Positions 53,114 to 64,000 of a stretch of DNA of 64,000 nucleotides are shown piece by piece. Both the position numbers and the translations under genes were made by a program. Position 1 is the stretch's first letter. Every line of letters begins with the position of its first letter. Location: positions 1,116,001 through 1,180,000 of the forward strand of contig CM102283.1 of assembly GCA_046563655.1 (NCBI GenBank), read 5' to 3'. Origin of the DNA: Yuukianura sp. NJ FZ-2021 (lineage: Eukaryota). The notes under the pieces were generated by a model, which worked only from the letters and a program-made list of their open reading frames with translations, did not search any database and was not told the origin of the DNA.

Positions 53114-53950
53114 CGGGAATTCGAAATGCTTCAGTTGAAAAATTTCAAAGTTTCTAGATCTTAGTTTTGAGTTTTGGTTTCGAGTTTTGGGACTTTTCGG
53201 GGATAATTTTTTCTTTCGCATATCAAAAATCGCCTAGCTTTTAGTTTTTCCTATCCTGAACCTAAGCTTCAAAAATTGTATCATCTTCAAATAAGTTGAC
53301 TGTTTTTCATTTTGTTTTCATGCTCATCAAACTAACAAAAATTGAAAAAAAAACTGAAATTCTGTTTTAACTTTTGTTCAACACTTTTGGGCTAAAATAA
53401 AATGACATTCACGGTTTTGCTAATTTTTGTTTGTTTGCAATTTTTTGCTAAAAAGTAGCGTTGTAGTGATGTCAACGACAGATATAAGCATTTATTTATT
53501 TTTTCTAAAGATCTAACACAGTATATTTCGAAGATTTTTCATAAACTAACGGTCGATTAAGATCTAAGAACTTCAGTTAAACTTATTCAAGCGTTTGGAA
53601 CTATCGTGAGTTGTTGTTGGTTTTTGCTGCTGTTTGTTCTAAATTCATTGTTTCTGAGATGACGCTGATTCGCGGGCGTGCATATCCGCGGACATCTCCG
53701 ATTCCCGTGGTTGTTTTGCCTTCTTTTTTGATTTGTCTTCAAAGATCGGCACAAACAATGTCTTGTCCTTTGTGTTTTTCTGAGGTAAAACAAGAAACAA
53801 ATCAGCAAATGATTGAGTCTGCTCTAAAAAAAAAGTCACCCAAAAACAACTCAAATCCCGACTTACGCGAACTCTAGCAGCGACGTAACGCTGGAAAAAA
53901 CTGGGTTAGCTAATTTTCAAGTTTTCAATTCCAAAAATCTTTTGAACCTT

Positions 53951-54547
53951 TCAAAAACGGAAATGAGAATGTGAACTGGTTACCATGCGCAAGTACTGCC
54001 AGCATGGGACACCGTTGGATCCGTCCAGATGAAATGGATCGATGATTGAGCGCCAGTGGTAGTGTCCTACTGCAACCAAGTAGATGCCAGCTCCAATGCA
54101 GAATACGAGCAGTACAAAGACAGCGTAATTGTGATCTGTAGTGACAATTTTGTGGTAGTCTCTTATGAGACGCTGGACATTTCGGAGTTGCAGGAATCGT
54201 TTTTCACAGTAGGCTCTCTCTTCTTCAGGAGTTTTGCCACCCTGGCTACTCTGACCAAGATGGAGTGGTAGACATTTGGTAATATTGGGTTTGACTGAAT
54301 TATTGTATGGAACGGCTCCTACCCAGTACGCATCGAATTCTTCGCGATCCTTTTCAACTCGATTCCACTGATACATATCTTCATAGTCGGGGTAGACGCA
54401 GATACCGAGAAATTCGTCAATGTCATCTCCATCGTAGAGGGAGATGTCCACGAGTTCAGTAATATCTCGTTGAGTATGACCTTGGACTTGGACAGGAACG
54501 GATGCCAGAACAGTCACGATCAATAATTGAACGAACGTCATGATCAA
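53951..54547 (-). CDS. Uncharacterised single-exon 198-aa protein with a putative signal peptide and one transmembrane helix
   Basis: Hydrophobic N-terminus (FVQLLIVTVLAS), TM-like segment YAVFVLLVFCIGAGIYLVAV, and more GC-rich composition than its flanks. No family recognised. Confidence 0.55.
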   Translation of the reverse strand: MIMTFVQLLIVTVLASVPVQVQGHTQRDITELVDISLYDGDDIDEFLGICVYPDYEDMYQWNRVEKDREEFDAYWVGAVPYNNSVKPNITKCLPLHLGQSSQGGKTPEEERAYCEKRFLQLRNVQRLIRDYHKIVTTDHNYAVFVLLVFCIGAGIYLVAVGHYHWRSIIDPFHLDGSNGVPCWQYLRMVTSSHSHFRF

Positions 54548-55566
54548 TGCTGGTCACTTGGATTCAGAGCAACAGTTTCAATTTTTTCACATCTCACTTC
54601 GTTCAATTCGAAGAAAAATTCAAATCTCCTGGGTGCGGGTGAAACACAAGCTTGTTTAACTGGAAATTTTGTTTATTTTTTCTTAGTTTACTTGGATAAA
54701 TGGTCGCTATAGCAACCTTGGGTGGAGAATTAAATTTTATTTATCGTTTGTCAGTTGTTGAGAAACGTCACAAAACATTTGCTTCAAAAATTTTGTTTAA
54801 AATGGTCCTCGTGTCGCATCTAGTTAATGTAAAAAAATGTCTGACAAATACAGACTTCCAAAAAATAGTTTATGATTTTTTTGTAGATTTGCATAATATT
54901 GAATATAATAAATCTTTAGGCTTTACAAGGTTTGTGTAGAATGCGTCATTTCTTCAACTTTTGTTTACAATGCTGGACGATTTGCATTTGTTAGATGGCT
55001 TAGTAGTATTTAAAATAATTAGGAGTAAGTTGGTTTACGTCTCAAAGAATGTTTTAGGCGTGTTGCAATCAGAAGTAGCAACGGGTGATGAGTAATCAGA
55101 AAATTGTTCCAACTTTTTGTGCTAATTTTATGCTACACAGCTTGGAATTTGCTTAAGAATATTACTGTAAAAAGTTTTGACATTGCCAAGGTTAATTTTA
55201 ATTGGAGATACATACACCAGTTGTGGTTTTAAATTTCAATTTTTTACTGAAAAAGACCCAAGCGTTTGGAAATAAATTCCGTCTGTCTTCAGGATTAGCA
55301 CTTAGAAAAAATTATTTTGTTGACATTGACAAGGTCAAACCTAAACTTACCCTAAAGAATTTTCAGAAACTAATTATAACCAATACCAAAAATTAAAGAA
55401 ACCAATTTTATCAAGCAGGGGTTTGGAGTTTAAAAAGTTACAGACAGAGTTTCCAGAAAATCATACCTTCACTCGACTGTGAGAGTTTCATTTGTTAGTT
55501 TGATCTTGTGACACGCAGATCTTTTTTTTTACTGAAAAAATTGAGTTATTTTGATCAGTCCTAAAA

Positions 55567-57802
55567 ATGTGCAATTTGACAAGTTTTTGGCGAGAAGTTT
55601 TGTTCCTACTGTTTGTTGCGTTAAAGTGGACAAATTCAGGAATTCTTGAAAGTTTGGGATGCTCAGAAAGTTCTGGAATATCCTGCGACCCGAATGATGT
55701 CAAGTTCTACTTATATCCAAATTCAACGTAAACTGTTTTTTAAATAGCTTTCAAAAATTTGAGAAAAATCGTTTATAGTAATTTTTTTTAAGTTTTATGT
55801 ATATTACGTTTAGGAATGTATCTGACTTCGATGAATTAATTTACGACAATTTGGAGTCAATTTCCGGCGCGAATTCTAGATTCGACCCCACTAAAAATCT
55901 GATTCTTCTTACTCACGGTTTTATACAAACGTTCCAATCTCAATTTCCTGTGAACGTCCGAGACGGTACTTTTTGAAAAATTAAAGGCTTTCAAATTTTC
56001 TCAACGACATTTTCTAAAAAGTGACATTTTCTCAATTTTTTTTACTTTTAGCCTATCTGCACAATGGATATACAGCAACGACGAATATTGTCGTCGTGGA
56101 TTGGGGGCGACTGTCTGGAGCCTTCGGTCCGACCATTGATTTGAAAATTTTGAATGACCTTGCACAGCTTCCGCAGTATGTCAAGGCTGTTGAGAACGTG
56201 AAAGTCGTAGGTCAACGTGTGGCAGACTTTCTTATTTTCCTTGCAAAGAATCACAAGATGGCGCCAAGCAAAACTCATTTGGTTGGTCAAAGCTTGGGAG
56301 CCCATGTTTCAGGGTACGCAGGTCAAGTGTTTCATCAAAACATGTCGCAGCTACTTGCTAGAATTACAGGTAAAGAAATTTATTTTTGAATTTTTGAAGG
56401 TTAGCTTTTTAAAACAAATTTTTTTGAAATGCATTTTGACAAAAAAAATTCCAAAATAGGAACGGATCCTGCAGGACCTCTTTTTTTTCCACCACCACTT
56501 TTGCCCCTGATTCGTCCCGATGTCGCTGCTTTTGTTGACATTGTGCATACAAACAGAGGAGTGTTTGGTTACCCCTTAAACCTGGGTCAAATCGACTTTA
56601 ATGTTAACGGTGGTGGTCCATTTCAACCTGGATGCAACAACATTACTGAGAGTAAAATTCAAAATTAGAATTAACATGCTCAAATCAAGCAAAGCTATGA
56701 TTCCTTTGAAAATATTCCAACTCATGTGATTAAACATTTCTTTCTACAGCATTCTGTGCACACGACAAGGCTCCTATTTACTACGCAGAATCCATCACTA
56801 GGACTGACCTGGTTGCTGAGCAAGTTTGTGTGCTCTGTTTTGCGGCAAGGTCAGAGGTCATATTTGGAGAACATTGCCCCCTGGGGTAAGCGTAGTAAAT
56901 AATATACAAATACAAGGTATGATACCCGCTTGTGAAAGCGGGGCTAGCTTTTGTGGAAGTGTATACGAACACACATAGAAAAACGTATCACTTTTGGGCA
57001 CCCGCTACCCATTTGAGATATATGCTGACCCGCTTGGACTATTTTTATGAAAATATCCTACCCTACCCTTTGCCCAGGCGGAAATCCCTGAAAACTACCC
57101 GTCCATCCAATTAATGTTTAACATGTAGAGACAGCAATTTACTGTGGAACTTGATTCTTTTTTGTGCCAAAGGTCACAGAATTAACGCGCCATACGTCAA
57201 CCGAGTCCAGTTGAACGCCAATTTCGAATGATATATCACAGGCCTATGTTTGTGTGTACTTCTCATGGGGTCACCGCCTTAGATCAAAGGTCACAGGTCA
57301 ATATCATATATCAATCGACTGCATTTGACTTTGAACCTCCCTTTTCGAACCACGTATCACATGCCTATGTTCGGCTTAATTCTATGCCAAGTCACCGCTC
57401 TGGGTCAAAGGTCAAAGGTCACAGGTCAATGTGTCATATATCAATCGACTGCATTTGACCTCTGCGTTCGAACGACAGGTCACTTGACTGTGTTTGGGAT
57501 GATTTTAGGAGGTCATCGCGACAGGTGAAGGGTCAAAGGTCACAGGTCACGATGGGAGATAGCCTATGCTCTTCGGGGTGACCTCACGAAGAAAAGGACA
57601 CCTCATTTGTCCAAATCGGTCCAGTAGTTTCGGAGGAGTAGCAGGACACACAAACAGATAAACAGGGTCTCGATTTTATATAAGTAGATAATTCATTAGC
57701 TAACCAAACCTAAAAATCCAACCGTTGGAAATCATACAAACAAATTTTGCTTTCAATCATTTCAGAAGTACTGGACTATACGAAATCAAAATAATAATTT
57801 AA
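55567..57802 (+). CDS. Pancreatic lipase/phospholipase A1-like lipase, copy A (multi-exon)
   Basis: Motifs LLTHGF, NIVVVDWG, GQSLG (catalytic Ser), RITGTDPAGP (Asp), FVDIVHTN, NGGGPFQPGC, CAHDKAPIYYAESI (His). Introns are GT-AG. Confidence 0.88.
56912..57669 (+). mobile_element. Non-autonomous Helitron-like element in the last intron of lipase A
   Basis: 5' hairpin cccgcttgtgaaagcggg. The 3' end caaatcggtccagtagtttcggagg...acaaacagataaac...tatataagtagat resembles insect Helitron termini. Absent from lipase B's intron. Confidence 0.65.
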
Positions 57803-58347
57803 ATCGACATGACATAAACACTGATGCGTAAGTCAAACTGTAAAATAATGAGATTGACGCCTAACCTGGACAGGGTTGGATTTGAAGAATTGAAAAATTC
57901 TCAAAATATTCTAATTTTTGTTAAACAATTTTTCAGATAACTTCTGAATTTTCATCTTTCAACTTTGAACTTTGTTTCTCAATAGCCGTTTCGTTTATTT
58001 CATGCACAATAAACCAAAAGCTAAAAATTACTTTAGTTAAAACTTTAAGGTAACATCAGTTAGGTTAGGTTAACCTGCGTAAGCAGATTGCTCTAAACGG
58101 TTGACATTGATTAAGTCAAAAACGTCCTAACCCTGAACGGTTTTTAGAAACAAACTATAAGCAGTAACAAAAATAGAACAATCTTATCAAAGGTTAGGTT
58201 TTTAAAAAATTTCAAGCTGACAGGTTTTCAAAGCAAGAAAATTTCACCATTGCTCGACTGTGAACAGTTTCATTTGTTTGTTTTTAACTGTGTCATACAG
58301 ACCTCCTTTTTTTAACACAAAAAATCGTTTTGAATCATAACAAAGAA

Positions 58348-59759
58348 ATGTTGACCAAATTGATGAGTTTTTGGCGGCAAGTTTTGTTTCTTGTGTTTGT
58401 TGCTGCATTAACGTGGACAAATTTAGGCAATATAAAAAATTTTGGACATTCAAAGAGTGCTGAAATATCCTGTGATCCTAACGATGTCAAGTTCTACTTG
58501 TATCCAAATTCAAGGTACAAAAAAAAATTAAAAAAAATTGGATTTCAAAATTTTGAAAGCAACTTTTGAATTTTCTTCTTTAGGAATACGTCCGATTTTG
58601 ATGAACTAATTTACGAAAATTTGGAGTCAATCTCCGGCGTGGATTCCAGATTTGATCCCACTAAGAACCTGATTCTTCTAACTCATGGTTTTACACAAAC
58701 ATTCCAATCCCAATTTCCAGTGAACGTCCGAGACGGTATTTTTTGAAAAATTGAAGGCTTTCAAATTTTCTCAACAAAATTTTCTTAATTTTTTTTTACT
58801 TTTAGCCTATTTGCACAATGGATATACAGCAACCACGAATATTGTGGTCGTTGATTGGGGGCGACTGTCTGCAGCCTTCGGTCCGACCATTGATTTCAAA
58901 ATTTTGAATGACCTTGCACAGCTTCCGCAGTATGTCAAGGCTGTTGAGAACGTAAAAATCGTTGGCCAACGTGTGGCAGACTTCCTTATTTTCCTTGCAA
59001 AGAATCACAAGATGGCGCCAAGCAAAACTCATCTGGTTGGTCAAAGTTTGGGAGCCCACGTCTCAGGCTACGCAGGTCAAGTGTTTCATCAAAACATGTC
59101 GCAGCTACTCGCTAGAATTACAGGTAAACTAAACTATTTTTGACTTTGTAAGGCAGCTTTTGAAAAGAAAAATTTTTTGAAATGCATTTTGACAAAAAAA
59201 ATCAAAATAGGGACGGATCCAGCAGGGCCTCTTTTCTTTCCACCACCACTTTTGCCCCTGATTCGTCCCGATGTCGCTGCTTTTGTTGACATTGTGCACA
59301 CAAACAGAGGAGTGTTTGGTTACCCCTTGAACCTGGGTCAAATCGACTTTAATGTTAACGGTGGTGGTCCGTTTCAACCTGGATGCAACAACATTACTGA
59401 AGGTAAAATTCAAATTCAAAATTAATATGCTAAAATCAAGCAAACCTCTGATCTTTCATTCGAAAATACTTGCAAATGACGTGGTTAATAATTTCTACCT
59501 GCAGTATTCTGCGCACATGACAAGGCTCCAATTTACTACGCCGAATCCATCACTAAGAATGACATGGTTGCTGAGCAAGTTTGTGTGCTCTGTTTTGTGG
59601 CAAGGTCAGAGGTCACATTTGGAGAACATTGCCCCCCGGGGTAAGCGTTACAAATATAACTCAGGAGCTAACCAAAAAATCCAACGGTTGGAAATCATAC
59701 AAACAAATTTTCATTCTAATCATTTCAGAAGTACTGGACTATACGACATCAACATTTAG
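58348..59759 (+). CDS. Pancreatic lipase/phospholipase A1-like lipase, copy B (tandem duplicate)
   Basis: Near-identical to copy A, with the Ser/Asp/His triad motifs intact and an N-terminal hydrophobic segment. Confidence 0.88.
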
Positions 59760-60051
59760 TTTAGATCGACGTGTGACCTAAACACTGATGCGTAAGGTAA
59801 ACTGTAAAATAATGAGAATGACGCATAACCTGGACAAGGTTAGATTTGAAGAATTGAAAAATTCTCAAACATTAAAATTTGCACCTTCAACATTGTTTCC
59901 CAATACCCGTTTGGTTTATTTCAATAAACGAAGTGTTTTTCCAACACAATAAAATTTTCACAAAAGGTAAAAGCTTTAGTTAAAACTTTAACGTAACATT
60001 AGTTTTTAACATTGCTAAAAAGGCATGTGAAAAGGCAGCTTAAAAGTTTCC

Positions 60052-61138
60052 CTACAAGCATACAGTCATGACTTGCGTGCAACTACATTGGCACTTGTTA
60101 TCCTCAAAGTATTTGAAATCAATGAAAATTAAGGCAGCAAGCAAAGTGGCCTTGACCTTTTCGTCAACATCTCCCGGCGGGAACTTGATACTGAAGAGGT
60201 CAGTGTCCGAAGTGTACTCTGTGCATACTCCAGCCCAATCTTTCGTAATTTGTCCAACTTCTCTCCCGTTTTTCGGATCCTTAATGCGAAAGACAACGTT
60301 TGCAAAGCACCCAGACGTTATCACTGGACCAGTCAAGTAGTACTGGACATCATCTAATAAACAAAACATAAACAGAGATAAATATTAACACTCAAATATA
60401 AACAAATGTAAAGATAAACATAAAATATAAAAAAAAAAGTCAATAACGATACAAATACAACCGGCATAGTCGATAACACTAAACAAACAAAAGATTACAC
60501 TAATAAAAGCTGACCATGGTGTTAAGACCCTACTAAACAAAGTTAGTGTGTAAACGTAAAGTGTAAGTAAATGTTAACATTGTTTAAGTTTAACTGTTTA
60601 TATACTTACCGTATTCATCCAAGATGCTAAACGACGGAAATAGTGGATTCCAGTTTTGTTTAACACTGCCCACATGATTACTTTTAATTGGAAGTCTCGT
60701 GTAGTCACGAACATAGACTTTGACACGGTCAAGACAACTGAAACAGCCAAGAAACGGACAACATCCGCCGTAGCAACAGGCGTTGCTACGTTTCAATTCA
60801 ATTATGGGACGGTTGAATTTGTCGTAAATAGTTATGTTGAATCCCCGATTTCCACCGCCAATACAAATTTGTTGACAGCAATCCACCTTCTCCTGGATGT
60901 GATACAATTTGTCTCCAGTGACCTTGTCATAGATAAAGTAAACATTAGGTTCTTCAATTCCACGTAAAGTTTCCAGCATATTTCGCTGTTGCCTGACAAC
61001 CACTTCCTGAACTTTGTCCAAGTAGCCTAGCAACCGTTTCTTACTGTCCCCACCCCCGTCACTGTCTACGCCTTCATCTGCTCCTGCAATGTCCAACAGT
61101 GACCCATCTTGACCTGGCTGAAGTTCAACAACCTCCAT
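60052..61138 (-). CDS. Phospholipid scramblase family protein (2 exons: 61138-60610, 60353-60052)
   Basis: Motifs VVVRQQRNMLE...EEPNVYFIYD, Cys clusters (CCQQIC, ACCYGGCCPF), VGSVKQNW, VGQITKDWAG, TDLFSIKFP, KATLLAALIFIDFKYFE. Confidence 0.88.
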
Positions 61139-61610
61139 TTAGTACATAAACTATAGTTAAGCTTTTCTTGGGATATTTAAGTAAAAAGTAATGTTGAACG
61201 GAAGAACGAAGTGTAATAAAACCTAAGTGCTGTTAAATTTTGCTTTGCTTTTATTCCACCCTTAATTTTGTTACGCAACTTTTCTCTTCTGGAAGAAACT
61301 CACATTTAAAACTTTTGACTCTCCCTCAAGTAGGAACTTTATTGTGACAAAAAATACCAAGACAAATTTCTACTCATCGATGTTTCTCTCAAAATCAGTT
61401 TTGCGGTTGCAATTTGTGAAGCATTGCATCAATTCATTTCTGATTGACCTTTTTACAAATTCCGTAGAATTGCAGTTAGTTGTAAAGACAAAAATTAATT
61501 TCTGAAGGAATTATACCGAGGTTTTTAAACTTTAATAAACGTTTTGTTACGCAAACGTTAAAAATTCTCAACGTTTTCAGGAAAACAACAGGAAAAAGAG
61601 TTTTTTTTTT

Positions 61611-61776
61611 ACAGGAAAAACAGTCTTTCTGGGAAAGAACATGGCCAGAGCAGAGTTTTTTCAGCAGTTCAAGTTGACCTTTGACCTAACATCAAAACCT
61701 GCAACTCTTGAACCACATCCGGGCATCACTCTACAACCAGCATCGCATAAACTTATTTTTACTCAAAGACCATAAC
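61611..61776 (+). pseudogene. Degenerate fragment of a cytochrome P450 3' end
   Basis: acaggaaaa...atggccagagcagag...cagttcaagttgacctttgacct...gcaactcttgaacca...cataaacttatttttac parallels 63625-63800. The heme Cys motif is lost. Confidence 0.75.
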
Positions 61777-62012
61777 TTTATCAAAAGTGAATAAAGCACG
61801 GGAGTCGTTGAATTTCAAATAGAGATATATTTGATGAAAGCAAATGATTTCACTTTATATTTTTTTGATTGTTTTCAAAATTATTCCAAGGTTTATTAAG
61901 TTGTGAGTAAATTTGGTTTTGAAAAATAAAAATTGAAATGAAATTTTACTAGCTAAGCATAAATACGAAGAAACTCATCAAAATTTTAATTCGGCGCAAA
62001 TTGAAGTTAAAA

Positions 62013-63816
62013 ATGGAAGTCATTTTAATTTTTCTTGTTCTGCTTATCATGATTTTCGGGGTGTACTTTTTTTCCAACCAAGAAAAGCTTAAAAATTATC
62101 CACCAAGTAAATGAATCACACAAATCTCTAATTCCAAAACATAAAATATTAAAAAGTTGTTATTTTTTTAGACATTTTTTTTTCAAAATAGGTCCAAAAT
62201 GGAGACAGCCTGTTCTCGGCCATATCTTGCAAATCCGACCGAGTCTCCATAAGAAACTTCTGTACTGGAAAGAGTCCATGGGTCCAATCGTATCACTTCA
62301 ACTTGGTTCGTTTCCAGCAGTTGCCATTAGTGATCCAGAATTAATCAAAGAAGCCATGGCGGACCCAAGATTTTCTGGGAGGCCTGATATACCTTTGCTC
62401 ATGGCCAGAAGTGGTGGAACACGTCGTGGTAAAGCAATCTAACCTAACTAAACGTAATTTCAAGATGAACTTAACATTTTTTTGAATTTGAACATCAGGA
62501 GTTATATTTTCGCATGGTGCTGAGTGGGTCGAACTACGCCGGTTCGTCATGCGCCACCTCAGAAACTTTGGATTTGGAAAAAAGTCAATGGAGTCAATTA
62601 TTCTAAATGAGGCAGGAATTTTGATTGGTCGACTGAGAGCGACTGCACAAACTCCGATAATCTTCAAATCTTATGCCAGCGTTGCAGTGATCAACTCAAT
62701 CTGGTCTATTGTTGCCTCGGTTAGATTTGAACATGATGACCCGAAGACGACACTAATGCTCAAATCCGTCGAAACGTAAGTTACACTTTGCATTCCTGTT
62801 CTAAAAGCAAGCTAAAAGTTAAAAACCTTAGAAAGTTTTAATTGGACAGACACATTATTTTTATAGGACGTTTCAACACAAAAGCTTGATTCGCTTATTT
62901 GTACCTTGGGTGCCCAAATATTTTTCTAAACTATCCGGTTTTCATAAGTTCGTGACGAATGTCGCTAAGCAGTACGAGTTAATTCAGAGTTTCGTAGATG
63001 CGCATGTGCCAACTCTTCAGCCAGGCCAACCACGTGACCTAATAGATGCTTTCTTAGAACAAAATCAAAATTGTACCAATCCTGAATCAGCATTTTATGG
63101 ATCCTTAGGAAGTAAGCGGCAATTTAAACTTTAAGTCTTAAGGTCAAATTAACTTAAAGTAACAACCTAAACTAACTTTTTCAGAAAAAGTAATGCTGGC
63201 AGTGTTTCGAGATTTGTTCACTGCTGGAACTGACACAACGAGCACCGCCTTGGCATTTTGTTTCATGTACTTGTCAGCATTTCCAGAAGTGCAAGAAAAA
63301 ATGTTTTTAGAAATTGACAAGGTCGTCGGGAGGTCACGCCTGCCTTCACTCAATGACAGAGGTCAAATGCTGTACACTGAAGCAGTGATGTTAGAGACAT
63401 TTCGACTTTCTTCCTTTGTTCCCCTTGGGGTACTTCATAGTACTTTGGCTGATGCTGAGCTTGGTGGTTACAGCATACCCAAGGACACAATGGTCATTAC
63501 TAACCTATTCGGGTGTCACTACGATGAAAAGTACTGGGGAGATCCAGAAAAATTTCGTCCAGAAAGATTCTTGTCAGAAGATGGACAGAAAATTGTCAAG
63601 CACGACGCCATGCTCATTTTTTCAACAGGAAAAAGAGTTTGTCTTGGTGAGACCATGGCCCGAGCAGAATTTTTTCTTTTCTCTACATCAATTTTACAGC
63701 AATTCAAGTTGACCTTTGACCCTGCAGCGAAACCGGCAACTCTTGAACCACAATTGGGAGTCATCTCGTCTACAGCTCCGCATAAACTTATTTTTACAGA
63801 AAGAAAAAAAAGTTGA
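62013..63816 (+). CDS. Cytochrome P450, CYP2 clan (multi-exon)
   Basis: N-terminal TM anchor, WVELRRF, AGTDTT (I-helix), ETFR (ExxR), FRPERF and the FSTGKRVCLG heme motif. Confidence 0.93.
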
Positions 63817-64000
63817 ATTCACACGTTTTACGTTAACATAACAAACATAAACTAACCTTAGTAAATATGTGATCTGAAAACGTATAATAAAATTCTAACA
63901 ATAATCTAATGTCATCGTTGGAATCGCATCAAAAGTCAATAGATATAAAATTCTTCTCTCGAAAATAATTTCCTCAACAATTCCGGTTTTTATGAAGTTA

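Noticed and set aside
132-63764. Numerous short antisense and alternate-frame ORFs overlapping the main genes
   Set aside because: They are shadows of real coding exons, repeated only because the genes are duplicated.

Overview
AT-rich eukaryotic DNA with GT-AG introns, from an arthropod-like genome. The Tret1-like sugar transporter, insect-type lipases, CYP2-clan P450 and Helitron/DINE-like elements point that way; the species cannot be determined from the window. The centre (~10.5-53.1 kb) is a tandem triplication of a ~3,130-aa, 12-exon type I reducing polyketide synthase gene: KS-AT-DH-cMT-ER-KR-ACP-terminal reductase, with bacterial-style motifs. Upstream of each KS, six small exons (mostly missed by the ORF track) splice in frame and encode a ~225-aa glycogenin-like (GT8) domain with a degenerate DxD motif, giving a GT8-PKS-R fusion. 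Copy 1 carries a 942-bp foldback transposon inside its methyltransferase exon. Copies 2 and 3 have only single-base indels in homopolymers, which may be assembly errors. Flanking genes are a SAXO-like repeat protein, an MFS sugar transporter (whose last exon was co-duplicated), an orphan membrane protein, two tandem lipases, a phospholipid scramblase and a P450. Several non-autonomous transposons are also present.
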